Below are positions 18,368 to 28,505 of a DNA stretch of 64,000 bases, piece by piece. This DNA comes from Thermodesulfovibrionales bacterium (GTDB taxonomy: Bacteria; Nitrospirota; Thermodesulfovibrionia; Thermodesulfovibrionales; SM23-35). Under the pieces are notes generated by a model. That model was not told the origin of the DNA. It searched no databases and was given only the letters and a program-made list of their open reading frames with translations. The stretch spans positions 51,385 through 115,384 of the forward strand of contig CAVWBP010000013.1 in the NCBI GenBank assembly GCA_963753165.1. The letters are read 5' to 3'. Within the stretch, counting starts at the first letter, position 1; every line of letters starts with the position of its first letter. The position numbers were made by a program, and so were the translations under genes.

Positions 18368-19897
18368 ATGAATAAATGGCTTATCGCACTCACCGTAATG
18401 CTTCCCACGCTCATAGAGATCATAGACACCTCTGTGGTCAATGTCGCGCTCGACCATATCCGGGGAAGTCTCTCTGCCGGTATCGATGAATCGACCTGGA
18501 CGATAACCTCGTATCTTGTTTCGAATGCGATCATCATCCCCATGACAGGATGGCTGAGCAGGTTTTTCGGCAGGAAAAGGTATCTGATCATTTCGATCAC
18601 AGCGTTCACCATAAGTTCTTTTCTCTGCGGCGCGGCGTGGAGTCTCCAGAGTCTCGTTTTCTTCAGGATATTGCAGGGAATAGGCGGAGGGGCGCTGCAG
18701 CCGTTGTCGCAGTCCATCCTCCTTGAGACCTTCCCTCCGCGTCAGCACGGGATAGCCATGGCGGTGTTCGGGGTAGGCATCATGTTCGGTCCCATAGTAG
18801 GCCCGCTCCTCGGCGGCTGGATTACGGACAACTGGTCGTGGCACTGGATATTCTTTATCAATGTGCCGATCGGCATCATTTCAATCCTCCTGACCATGAT
18901 CTTCATCGCAGACCCGCCGTATATGCAGCGGATGAAGATGAAGGTCGATTACTGGGGGCTTGCGCTTCTTGCCCTGGGACTCGGCTGCCTCCAGATCGTT
19001 CTCGACAAAGGTCAGCAGGAGAACTGGTTCTCTTCAGGTTTTATCTTCTGGATGAGCGTAACTTCAGCGGTCTCCCTTATCTCTTTTGTGGTGGTCGAAC
19101 TGTATGCGAAAAACCCTGTAGTAAACCTCAGGGCATTCAAAAATATCTCGTTCAGTACCGGGAACATAGTAATGTTCCTGGGTTTTTTCAACCTCTTTGC
19201 GAGCATCGTACTCCTGCCGATCTATCTGCAGACACTCATGGGGTATACCTCATTTCTCGCGGGATTTGTTCTGGGGCCGGGAGGAATGGCGACGTTAATA
19301 GCCCTCCCGTTAGCCGGAAGCCTCGTGAATAAAGTGAATCCGAAGGCCCTCCTGGCTTTTGGCATTGCAGTGAATGCGTATGCAACTTATCTGATGTCGC
19401 ACTTCAGTCTCTCCGCCGATTTTTATACCGTGATATGGCCGAGAATTGTATTGGGGATCGGCATGGGGTTTTTCTTTATCCCGCTCACCACGATGACCAT
19501 GTCCGGCATCAGGAAAGAAGATATGGGCAATGCATCTGCCATCTATAATCTCCTCAGGAACCTCGGCGGGAGTTTTGGTGTTGCATTCGTAACCACGATG
19601 CTCTCGCGGCGTGCACAATTTCATCAGGCCCATTTAGCGGAGCATCTTACCCCTTTCGATCCTGCCTATCAGATGACTTCCGAACAGATTGCCCGGGCTC
19701 TCCAGTACAGGGGATTCGAAAATACTCTCTCAGAGCAGGGAGGACTCGGAATAATATACAGAGAACTTCTCAGGCAGGCATCGATGCTCTCATTCAACGA
19801 TACCTTCCGCATTATCAGCATCGTGATGGTCTGTGTGCTTCCGCTTGTGCTGCTTATGAGGAAAGGAAAGTCGGATGTATCCCCGGGAATGCATTGA
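18368..19897 (+). CDS. MFS drug efflux transporter, DHA2 (EmrB/QacA) family
   Basis: 14-TM-type profile. ATG 18368 (MNKWLIALTVMLPTLIEIIDTSVVNVALDHI) is preferred over 18341, which lies inside the repeat. Confidence 0.85.
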   Translation: MNKWLIALTVMLPTLIEIIDTSVVNVALDHIRGSLSAGIDESTWTITSYLVSNAIIIPMTGWLSRFFGRKRYLIISITAFTISSFLCGAAWSLQSLVFFRILQGIGGGALQPLSQSILLETFPPRQHGIAMAVFGVGIMFGPIVGPLLGGWITDNWSWHWIFFINVPIGIISILLTMIFIADPPYMQRMKMKVDYWGLALLALGLGCLQIVLDKGQQENWFSSGFIFWMSVTSAVSLISFVVVELYAKNPVVNLRAFKNISFSTGNIVMFLGFFNLFASIVLLPIYLQTLMGYTSFLAGFVLGPGGMATLIALPLAGSLVNKVNPKALLAFGIAVNAYATYLMSHFSLSADFYTVIWPRIVLGIGMGFFFIPLTTMTMSGIRKEDMGNASAIYNLLRNLGGSFGVAFVTTMLSRRAQFHQAHLAEHLTPFDPAYQMTSEQIARALQYRGFENTLSEQGGLGIIYRELLRQASMLSFNDTFRIISIVMVCVLPLVLLMRKGKSDVSPGMH

Positions 19898-19953
19898 AGT
19901 GTATCAGGAAGTGGGGATTCATGTGTATTATTAAAGGATAACGGTACATTGCC

Positions 19954-21093
19954 ATGACACTCTTTTTCGTGACATTTTTCCTCATCTACGGCAGCATGCA
20001 TCTGTATGCATTCATGAAAGCGAAGGCTGCGCTTGCGTTCAGTTTTCAGACAAGCATCGGCGTAGGGCTCTTCATGCTGCTCATGATCTTCGCTCCGGTT
20101 CTTGTCCGCTTCTCGGAAAGGGCGGGGTTCGAATCATTTGCCCGCCTGATGTCGTATACAGGATATATATGGCTCGGCATCCTCTTCCTCTTTCTCTCTG
20201 CGGCATTGCTGATCGATGTTTACCGCTTTTTTGTCTCTGCCGCCGGATTCATTCTCAGGAGAAATTTATCGTCCCTGGCAATATCCGCTCCCTATGCATT
20301 TTTCGTCCCTCTTGCCTTGTCTCTTGTGATCGCCATTTATGGATATTTCGAAGCCCGGAACATCAGGACCGAAAAAGTAGTTTTTCACTCTCCCAGAATT
20401 CCTGCAGAGTCAGGCAGCATCAGAATAGTGCAGATAACCGATGTACACCTCGGACTGATTGTCAGAGAAGAGCGTTTAAAAAGTATTCTCGCGGAGGTGA
20501 AGAAAGCAGACCCTGATATTCTTGTATCCACAGGCGATCTCGTTGACGGCCAGATTGACAACCTCTCGCATCTCGCGGAACTGCTGCGGGAGGTGAAACC
20601 ACGATACGGCAAATTTGCGATAACCGGCAACCATGAATTTTATGCAGGAATTGATCAGGCCCTGGAATTTACTGAAAAGGCCGGGTTTACTCTCTTGCGG
20701 GGACAGGGACAGACAATCGGGGGGCTGATCAATATAGCCGGTGTCGATGATATTCAGGCAAGGGCCTATGGCGGTTTCCATGGAGTGTCCGAGCAGCAGC
20801 TGCTCTCCGGATTTTCGAATAACCTTTTCACGCTCTTTCTCAAACACAGGCCCCTGGTGAATAAGGAAGGAATCGGCCTTTTCGATCTTCAGCTGTCAGG
20901 GCATGTCCATAAAGGGCAGATATTCCCCTTCAGCATTCTCACCTGGCTGTATTACCCGACCCAGGCAGGTTTTGCAGCGCTTTCTGAGCGGTCCGGCCTG
21001 TATGTGAGCAGGGGTTCAGGGACCTGGGGGCCGCCGATCCGTTTCCTCTCGCCTCCCGAAGTCACTCTGATTGAGCTTGTCCCTGCAAACTGA
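19954..21093 (+). CDS. Membrane-bound metallophosphoesterase (calcineurin-like)
   Basis: Four N-terminal TM helices, then the motifs DVHLG, GDLVDG, GNHEF, GHVHKG. Confidence 0.8.
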   Translation: MTLFFVTFFLIYGSMHLYAFMKAKAALAFSFQTSIGVGLFMLLMIFAPVLVRFSERAGFESFARLMSYTGYIWLGILFLFLSAALLIDVYRFFVSAAGFILRRNLSSLAISAPYAFFVPLALSLVIAIYGYFEARNIRTEKVVFHSPRIPAESGSIRIVQITDVHLGLIVREERLKSILAEVKKADPDILVSTGDLVDGQIDNLSHLAELLREVKPRYGKFAITGNHEFYAGIDQALEFTEKAGFTLLRGQGQTIGGLINIAGVDDIQARAYGGFHGVSEQQLLSGFSNNLFTLFLKHRPLVNKEGIGLFDLQLSGHVHKGQIFPFSILTWLYYPTQAGFAALSERSGLYVSRGSGTWGPPIRFLSPPEVTLIELVPAN

Positions 21094-21141
21094 CTGCGTG
21101 CGCGGCTATGTTTTTCCCCGCTGATTTGTATACAATAGCGT

Positions 21142-22435
21142 ATGCGGAATATTTTAGTCGTCACCGATGAATCGCGGGAGGTGGCAGACCTCTTTAAAGC
21201 TCTCAAGAGCGCCATAAACAGACTGAAGCTGAAACAGCGGAATATTTCGATCAGCACCGATTCCGTGAACCCCCTCAAATATGATATCGCCCTTCTGGAT
21301 CTTGACAGCAAGGCCTGGCAAAAGAAACTGTTCGAACTGAGGCGGTATGTTCCGGTCATAGCCTTTGCAAAACCGGATGTGAAGAAGGCGGTTGAAGCGA
21401 TAAAGCTCGGAGCAAGCGACTTCCTCGAAAAACCGCTCAGCATCGAAGTCTTGAACGAGATAATCAATAGACACAAGAAGAAGATACTCACCCATGACTA
21501 CGGCTTTGACGAAACTATGGGCACCAGTCCGTCCATGCAGGCTGTGTACGGGTTGATCAAGAAGGCGGCGGCAAGCGAGAGCCATGTGCTGATAACCGGC
21601 GAGAGCGGCACAGGGAAGGAGCTTGTTGCGCGGTCAATCCATAAATGGAGTCCGAGACATGACAATTCCTTTGGCGTGATCAACTGCAGCGCAATTCCTG
21701 ATACCCTGCTCGAATCGGAACTCTTCGGGTTTGAACGGGGCGCCTTCACCGGGGCGAACTATACAAAAAAAGGCCTCCTTGAATTCGCGGACGGCGGGAC
21801 GGTTTTCTTTGACGAGATCGGCGATGTGTCGCCGCTCTTTCAGGTGAAGATACTGAGAGTCCTTCAGGAAGGGGAGGTGATGCGGATCGGGGGGAGCAAG
21901 CCGATGAGGGTTGATCTGCGCATCATATCCGCTTCACACAGGGACCTCGCTGGTTGCGATCAGGAAAGGGTTTTTCCGGGAAGACCTTTTTTACCGTCTG
22001 AATGTTATTAATATCCACCTCCCTCCCCTGCGCGAAAGGCTGGAGGATATTCAGGTCCTTGTTCAGCACTTTCTGGAGAAGCATTCAGGCAAGAGGAAAG
22101 ATCTTTTGGTAAAAGGCGTCAGTGACGAAGCAATGAATATCCTGATGCACTATGCCTATCCAGGGAATGTGCGTGAACTCGAAAATATTATTGAGCATGC
22201 CATATCTTTTGCAGGCAGCCAGCGGGTCCTCCCTACAGACCTGCCTGCGCATATGCAGCAGACACCCTCTCAGAAGGTAACCCCGACCCCAAAACTGCGG
22301 GAAACGCTCCTGAGCGTCGAAAGGGAATTAATCTGGGACGCCCTTCAGAAGTCGGGAGGAAATATTACCAAAGCCGCACTCCTGCTTGGTATCCATCGCC
22401 AGCAGCTCCAGAGGAAATTAAAAGAGCTTAAATAG
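21142..22435 (+). CDS. Sigma-54-dependent Fis-family response regulator (NtrC-like), apparent frameshift near 21950
   Basis: REC-like N-terminus. AAA+ core with [23 protein letters not shown] and [11 protein letters not shown]. Fis [23 protein letters not shown]. ORFs 21142..22011 and 21911..22435 join at ...SHRDLA / LVAIRKGFF. Confidence 0.85.
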
Positions 22436-22529
22436 CATCAAAATATTGCAGTGCAATAATACATTGCATGCCTGAGATACCTGAAAAATCGTTCAGCTTC
22501 CTGCTTTCTTCGCATCAAAATATTGCGGT
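22435..22529. promoter_or_regulatory. Candidate enhancer (UAS) sites for the sigma-54 activator
   Basis: 18-bp direct repeats GCATCAAAATATTGC(A/G)GT at 22435-22452 and 22512-22529, plus the inverted repeat TGCAAT-N5-ATTGCA at 22452-22468. They lie 50-145 bp upstream of the -24/-12 promoter. Confidence 0.35.
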
Positions 22530-22579
22530 ACCTCTCTAAGTAGAAATAACTAACCATAAAAAACAAGCAGTTACAGAAA

Positions 22580-22595
22580 TGGCACGTCTATTGCT
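22580..22595 (+). promoter_or_regulatory. Sigma-54 (-24/-12) promoter TGGCAC-N5-TTGCT
   Basis: TGGCACGTCTATTGCT matches the consensus TGGCAC-N5-TTGC(A/T). It lies 40 nt upstream of the gntR-like start. Confidence 0.6.
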
Positions 22596-22635
22596 TATAA
22601 GAGGAAAGATTATAAAGACATGAATTTATAAGCAT

Positions 22636-23375
22636 ATGAGGATTGAAAAAACAGTAGACAGAGGCAGCAAGGAAAAACTCTATGTTCAGATCTATTCGAT
22701 ACTGATCGAAAAGATCGAGAGCGGAGAATGGCCGCCCGGCACGCAGATCCCGACAGAGGATGAGCTCTGCAGGATTTATGACGTGAGCAAGGTAACCGTC
22801 CGGGAGGCGATACAGGAACTCGTAAGGGAAGGATATCTGAAAAGACAGCAGGGAAAGGGGACCTTTGTAACCTATACGCTTCCCCAACTCGGGCATAGTC
22901 ATGAGAACGAGATGTAACAGACGATATATTTGGAGAGGAGGTGAAAGTTCAGAAAGAACTCATACGAAAGGAGCTCAGGGAAGCCCCCGAAAGTGTCAGG
23001 CAATTGCTCGAAACGGACGAGCCGGTATATTATTTCGCCTGCAGGAAATTTGTTGATGACGAGCTGTTTTATGAAGAGATCTTTATCCCCGCCTTCGTCT
23101 TCCCTGATATAGAAGAGGCGGATATCGCTGCCAGGTCGCTCTATGACCTGATAGAGGAGAAAGGGACGAAAAAGATATTCAGAGTTATTCAGGCCATGGA
23201 AGCAACCGAACTGCAGAGAGAAGCTGCCGGTGTGCTGAACATGAAAGAAGGTTCTCCTGCACTGCTCATGAGCAGAACACTGGTCAGTTCCGACGGGATC
23301 CCGGTTGCGTATACCAGGGTGGCCGGTTATGGCAGGAAACATAAATTTCAGATGGAGTTTGAAAGGATAAAGTGA
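22636..23375 (+). CDS. GntR/HutC-family transcriptional regulator (wHTH + UTRA-like domain), apparent frameshift near 22905
   Basis: [37 protein letters not shown] is the GntR wHTH. ORF 22941..23375 supplies the effector domain, and that frame is open from about 22905. Confidence 0.75.
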
Positions 23376-23408
23376 CAGCTACATATTTTACAAAAGGAGG
23401 GAAATGAA

Positions 23409-24670
23409 ATGGGTTTTGGAAGACAGACGTACGAATTTCTCAAAGCAGCCAGTATAGCTCATGCGAAATGGGATTATGAAGTTTCAATGAGTATTATCAA
23501 AAACCGCAAGAAACTTCTTATCCTGTTCGTCCTCACTGCTGCCGATACTGGCTGTATCGCTCTCGACGGCAGCGGATATGATAGGAGGGAAGACTGCATA
23601 TGCGCCGGCGCACTATACGACGACAATCTTCGTCGTCTCGATTGCGGTTGGTCTTGCAGCCGGTCTTATCACCGGGTGTATCGGCGCAGGCGGTGGGTTT
23701 ATCATCACCCCGGCGCTGATGGCAGCAGGGGTGAAAGGTATCCTTGCAGTCGGAACAGACGTATTCCATATCTTTGCAAAAGCCATTATGGGAACGACTG
23801 TCCATAAGAAACTCGGGAACGTCTCGGTCAAGCTGGCAATGGCATTTCTTGTCGGGTCAAGCGGTGGTACCTTTATCGGCGGCTGGATCAATAAGACACT
23901 CTACAACAAAGACCCCCTGCTCAGTGAAGCCTTTATCAGTTCGGTGTATGCAGTATTGCTCGGGTTCCTCGGTTTCTACGCAATGCTTGATTTTATCAAG
24001 TCAACGAGGAAATCGGCAGCCGGCGGCGGAGGCGGACATGATGCCCATGGCGGTCCATCGGGTATGACCTCTCTTGCAGTGAGTATCCAGAAGATCAACA
24101 TCCCGCCAATGATAACCTTTGACGAGGACTTCGGCGGAAGAAGAATTTCCTGGCTTTTTGTTGCTATAGGCGGAGTTATCGTCGGCATGCTCGCTGCGAT
24201 CATGGGAGTCGGCGGCGGCTTTGTCACCTTCCCGATGTTCGTCTATATCTTCGGTGTTTCAACAGCAACAACAGTAGGCACCGATATCCTCCAGATCATC
24301 TTCACGGCAGGACTCGCATCGATAGCACAGTATGCAATTTACGGGTACGTGTTCTACACCCTGGCAATGGGGATGCTCCTTGGTTCATTGATCGGAATCC
24401 AGGTCGGCGCGCTCACGACAAAGGTTGTGAAGGGAATCCATATCAGGGGATTCTATGCAATGTCAATCATTGCAGGCTTTATCAACAGGGCTACGACACT
24501 TCCCAAGAAACTGACTGAGCTTGAATATATCAATGTGCCTAAACCGACTATACACTATTATCGAAGCTAGTGGGAAACTATCTGTTCTGGATTGTTGTCG
24601 GGATTCTTCGGGATTTGGGTTATCAGTAAGTTCTTTATGAATATTGAAAGCATTAAGAGAGGAGGGATAG
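23409..24670 (+). pseudogene. Extended TSUP/TauE-SafE-family permease, copy 1 (at least 3 frame disruptions)
   Basis: Paralog of 26513..27764. The N-terminus MGFGRQTYEFLKAASIAHAKWDYEVSM is in ORF 23409. An extra base near 23533 shifts into ORF 23578..24570 (GLITGCIGAGGGFIITPALM, GVGGGFVTFPMFVY). The tail needs two more shifts (about 24545 and 24595) to match the copy 2 ending. Confidence 0.7.
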
Positions 24671-24672
24671 AA

Positions 24673-25446
24673 ATGGCGGAGGACATAAAGGACATTTAGG
24701 CCTAGGCATAGTTCTGGCCATATCGTTTTTGGTAGTGTTGTTTCTGATCTTTTCGCCAATCTTCCCGAAGGCGCCTGACGGGACGCCTCAGAACGGCTTG
24801 GAGTTTGCAGACCGGATGTTCAACAGGCTTGCGAAGGGATCATCGTATTTCATCCCGAAGGTTGCGAAAAGCAATGAGAAGTTTATGGGGAAAATGTTTT
24901 CAGCCACCATCAAGATGGATAAGCCTGAAGATAAGCCGGGAGAATGCTGAGACAGAGGGCACAACGGGCATCCAAGCTGTTTACGCTTAATCCGGGAGCA
25001 AAGGTTGAAGTCAATGGCACTGAATTAAAGATCGAAGGAGACCTTGGCCTGGTAATGAAGGCAGCATTGGATGATGCAGATGCGATGTTCAAGAACGAAG
25101 GGGACAAGATCAAGGCCAAATACGCAGAGGCAATGGCAACTGACGATGTGAAGCAGATGTTCAGGCAGTGGAATAATGTCTTGCCCAAGATAGACAAGGC
25201 CTTCAAGAAAGAAGGAAGATGATAGAAGAGGCCAAGATAGTCTCTGATGTGACTAAGAAGGCGATAGAGGCGTCATACAACTTCTACGGCATCCAGGCAC
25301 AGCAGGTGAGCGACCATGCTGGGCTCATGACCTTTGTGCTGGTCTTTTACGTGGTCTACACAATGTGGTGGGGGTTTGCGATCTTCTATATCTTTGAGGG
25401 AATCGGCCTGAGCATGAAGAAGGCCAAAGTCAAGAAGGAAGTGTAA
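24673..25446 (+). pseudogene. Unknown membrane protein, copy 1 (fragmented paralog of 27767..28495)
   Basis: ATG 24673 (MAE..) followed by ORFs 24729..24950, 24944..25222 and 25219..25446. Together these tile the full length of the intact 242-aa copy 2 but in three frames. Confidence 0.65.
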
Positions 25447-25457
25447 GGAGGGACAGA

Positions 25458-25892
25458 ATGAAGATACTGGTACCGATAGACGGATCAAAATATTCGATGG
25501 ATGCAGTCAGGGCAGCGCTTGATCATGCGAAAACCAAGAACGCAGAAGTGCATCTGATGACGGTAACTCCTTTTCTTGCCGGCCTTGACCTTGAACTTTC
25601 GGCAAAGGAAGCGGACAGCGTGAATGAGAGTATGAAGCGCAGGGGAGAGGAAGTGCTTGAGAAGGCAGCGGCGATGTTCCAGGCAGAGGGGGTATCAGCC
25701 AAAACCATTCTCATGTCTTCCGGCTCTCCAGCGAATGAGATACTGGGAGTTGCCGAGAAGAAAAAAATGGACCTTATTGTCATCGGCAGCAAAGGACTGG
25801 GAGGAAAGGCCACGCGGTTTTTCATGGGAAGCGTAGCTTCGAAGGTAGTCGGCCATGCACCCTGTTCAGTTCTTGTTGTGAAAAAAGCATAA
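25458..25892 (+). CDS. Universal stress protein (UspA family), copy 1
   Basis: MKILVPIDGSKYS..., VIGSKGLGG, FMGSVASKVVGHAPCSVLVV. Confidence 0.85.
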   Translation: MKILVPIDGSKYSMDAVRAALDHAKTKNAEVHLMTVTPFLAGLDLELSAKEADSVNESMKRRGEEVLEKAAAMFQAEGVSAKTILMSSGSPANEILGVAEKKKMDLIVIGSKGLGGKATRFFMGSVASKVVGHAPCSVLVVKKA

Positions 25893-25927
25893 GATTTTCA
25901 GGATTGTTTTTTACCCCTCCCCACTGA

Positions 25928-25966
25928 AGAAAGGGCTTCTCTCAGAAGCCCTTTCTCTTTTTTTAT
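25928..25966 (+). terminator. Rho-independent terminator
   Basis: AGAAAGGGCTTCT-CTC-AGAAGCCCTTTCT followed by CTTTTTTTATT. Confidence 0.6.
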
Positions 25967-26034
25967 TCAAGCATAGCTTTTTACTCTCCATACCACGAGG
26001 CAATGGGTTTCCGGGTTAATGTTTTCCTTATTCT

Positions 26035-26137
26035 GTCATTCCCGCTCAATGAGTCGTTGGGGAATCCTTCCGGAGTGATGCGTTCTACATAACAATACAG
26101 GAAGGCAAAGAAAGATTCCGGACGAGCCGGAATGACA
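26035..26137. repeat. Composite palindromic repeat, GTCATT...AATGAC superfamily (type A)
   Basis: GTCATTCCCGCTCAATGAGTCGTTGGGGAATCC ... AAGATTCCGGACGAGCCGGAATGACA. Copies lie at 34164-34237 and 50727-50796. Confidence 0.7.
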
Positions 26138-26150
26138 TTTTTGATACCTC

Positions 26151-26170
26151 GTCCCGAAAGCCTTCGGGAC
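26151..26170. repeat. Palindrome GTCCCGAAAGCCTTCGGGAC (recurrent)
   Basis: Same core as 14788-14807 and 34321-34338. Confidence 0.5.
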
Positions 26171-26294
26171 TGCAGGGGAGATTCATTGTAAAATTAAAAA
26201 TAGCAAGCAAGATAAACAACAAGTATTCAATAAAGTTATTCTTGATAAATTATTGTTTATAAATAATCATGGTAATTGAAGCAAAATAAATATC

Positions 26295-26324
26295 TTGACA
26301 TTCAGTGCCCTATCTATATATATT
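26295..26324 (+). promoter_or_regulatory. Sigma-70-type promoter candidate upstream of module copy 2
   Basis: TTGACA at 26295-26300, about 17-18 nt, then ATATAT/TATATT. This position aligns with the sigma-54 promoter of copy 1, but the GG of the -24 element is absent. Confidence 0.35.
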
Positions 26325-26512
26325 GCTTTGGGCATAAAAGTCATAAAGACATGAGGTAATGATGAATGCCATATTCATAGGGGAGAAAACTCAACGACAC
26401 TGCGTATCATCCGATGAATACTTGTCTGCACTTTATCGGGAGAGGAGGTGAAGGAAAGGAGAACTTATAAGGAATTGTTTGTAGTCTTATAAGAAAAAAA
26501 GGAGGTCATGAC

Positions 26513-27764
26513 ATGAGTTTTCCAAGACAGCTTTACGAATTTCTTAGAGCAGCCAGTATAGCTCATGCTAAATGGGACTACGAAGTTTCGATGAACATCA
26601 TCAGGAACAAGAAGAAACTCCTGATCCTTTTCATTCTCCTCCTGCCGATCCTGGCTGTGTCATTGACAACTGCGGCAGATATGCTGGGCGGCAAAACCGC
26701 ATACGCCCCTGCACATTATACGACAACTATTTTTGCAGTATCAATTGCTGTCGGTCTTGCTGCCGGCCTGATCACAGGGTGTATCGGCGCCGGTGGCGGA
26801 TTCATAATAACACCAGCCCTTATGGCAGCGGGAGTGAAGGGTATTCTCGCGGTAGGAACAGACGTATTCCATATCTTTGCAAAGGCCATTATGGGAACGG
26901 TTGTCCATAAAAAACTCGGGAACGTCTCGGTAAAACTTGCAATGGCCTTTCTTGTCGGCTCCGGCGGCGGGACATTCATAGGCGGCGCCATTAACAAAGG
27001 GCTTTACAACAAGGACCCTCTCCTGAGCGAGGCGTTTATCAGTCTGGTATATGCAATACTCCTTGGATTCCTCGGTTTTTATGCGATGATTGACTTCATT
27101 AAATCGGCAAAGAAACCCAGTTCCGGCGGAGCTGCACGACGCTCATGGCGGTCCTTCGGGAATGACTTCAGTGGCAATAAGCATACAAAAGATAAATATC
27201 CCGCCAATGATTACCTTTGACGAGGACTTCGGAGGAAGAAGGATTTCATGGCTTTTTGTTGCAATCGGCGGCGTTATCGTCGGCATGCTCGCTGCGATCA
27301 TGGGGGTCGGCGGCGGCTTTGTTACCTTCCCGATGTTTGTCTACATCTTCGGTGTTTCCTCCATGACCACAGTCGGAACCGATATCCTTCAGATCATATT
27401 CACCGCAGGCCTTGCATCGATCGTGCAGTATGCGATTTACGGGTATGTGTTCTACACGCTTGCAATGGGAATGCTCCTTGGCTCACTGATCGGCATTCAG
27501 GTCGGCGCCCTCACTACAAAGGTAGTGAAGGGAATACATATCAGGGGATTCTATGCAATGTCCATTATTGCAGGGTTTATTAACAGAGCCGCAACCCTTC
27601 CGAAGAAGCTGACCGAACTCGAAATCATCAATATGTCAAAACCTGTCACTTCGGCGATTGAGACCGCAGGGAATTATATATTCTGGATTGTCGTTGCGGC
27701 CTTTGGCATCTGGGTCCTCGGGAAATTTTTCGCGAACATAAAGATGTTGAGAGAGGAGGAATAA
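26513..27764 (+). CDS. Extended TSUP/TauE-SafE-family permease, copy 2 (one apparent frameshift near 27115)
   Basis: ORFs 26513..27220 and 27090..27764 join at ...IKSAKK / PVPAELHDAHGGPSGM. Both TSUP half-repeats are present (GCIGAGGGFIITPALM; GVGGGFVTFPMFVY). It also has an extra N-terminal amphipathic segment plus TM and a Gly/His-rich central loop. Confidence 0.8.
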
Positions 27765-27766
27765 CT

Positions 27767-28495
27767 ATGGCCGGCACACATAAAGGACATTTAGGGATCG
27801 GACTCATTATGCTGGGTTCTTTTTTCGTTGTATTATTCCTGATTTTCTCTCCGGTATTCCCCAAGGCGCCGGACGGAAGCCCGCAGAACGGACTCGACTT
27901 CGCTGACAGAATGTTCAACAGGCTCTCAAAAGGCTCTTCCTATTTCATACCGAAGGTAATGAAGAACAATGAAAATTTCATAGGCAAGATGTTTGCCATC
28001 ACCATTACTCTCGATAAGCCGGACGCGGCAGAGAACACTGCAAAGCTGTTCCTCAATGCCGGAGCACAGGTAGAGACCCAGGGCGCTGAACTAAAGATAT
28101 CAGGCGATCTCGGGAAAATACTTGAAGCAGTGCTGAGAGATTCGGATGCGATGTTCCACAATGATGGGGCCAAGGTTTCCGGACTGTACGGATACAGTGA
28201 GAAAGAAGTGCTGAAGAACTGGCATGGAGCCCTTGTAAAACTTGACAAAGCCTTCAAGAGAGAAAAGATGGTTGCCGAGGCCAAGATTGTTTCAGATGTG
28301 GCGAAAAAGGCGGTCGAAACAGCATATAACTTCTATGAGATAGCGCCCCAGAAGGTGAGCGAACATGCAGGGCTTATGACTGCTGTCCTCGTATTCTATG
28401 TCCTGTATACGATGTGGTACGGATTCGCGATCTTCTTCATATTTGAAGGCATCGGGTTGACTATGAAGAAGGCGAAAGTCAAGAAGGAAGTGTAG
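27767..28495 (+). CDS. Membrane protein of unknown function (N-terminal TM, about 150-aa soluble region, C-terminal hydrophobic hairpin), copy 2
   Basis: Intact 242-aa ORF starting 2 nt after the permease stop. I recognise no motif. It is conserved against the fragmented copy 1. Confidence 0.7.
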   Translation: MAGTHKGHLGIGLIMLGSFFVVLFLIFSPVFPKAPDGSPQNGLDFADRMFNRLSKGSSYFIPKVMKNNENFIGKMFAITITLDKPDAAENTAKLFLNAGAQVETQGAELKISGDLGKILEAVLRDSDAMFHNDGAKVSGLYGYSEKEVLKNWHGALVKLDKAFKREKMVAEAKIVSDVAKKAVETAYNFYEIAPQKVSEHAGLMTAVLVFYVLYTMWYGFAIFFIFEGIGLTMKKAKVKKEV

Positions 28496-28505
28496 GAGGG
28501 ATACG

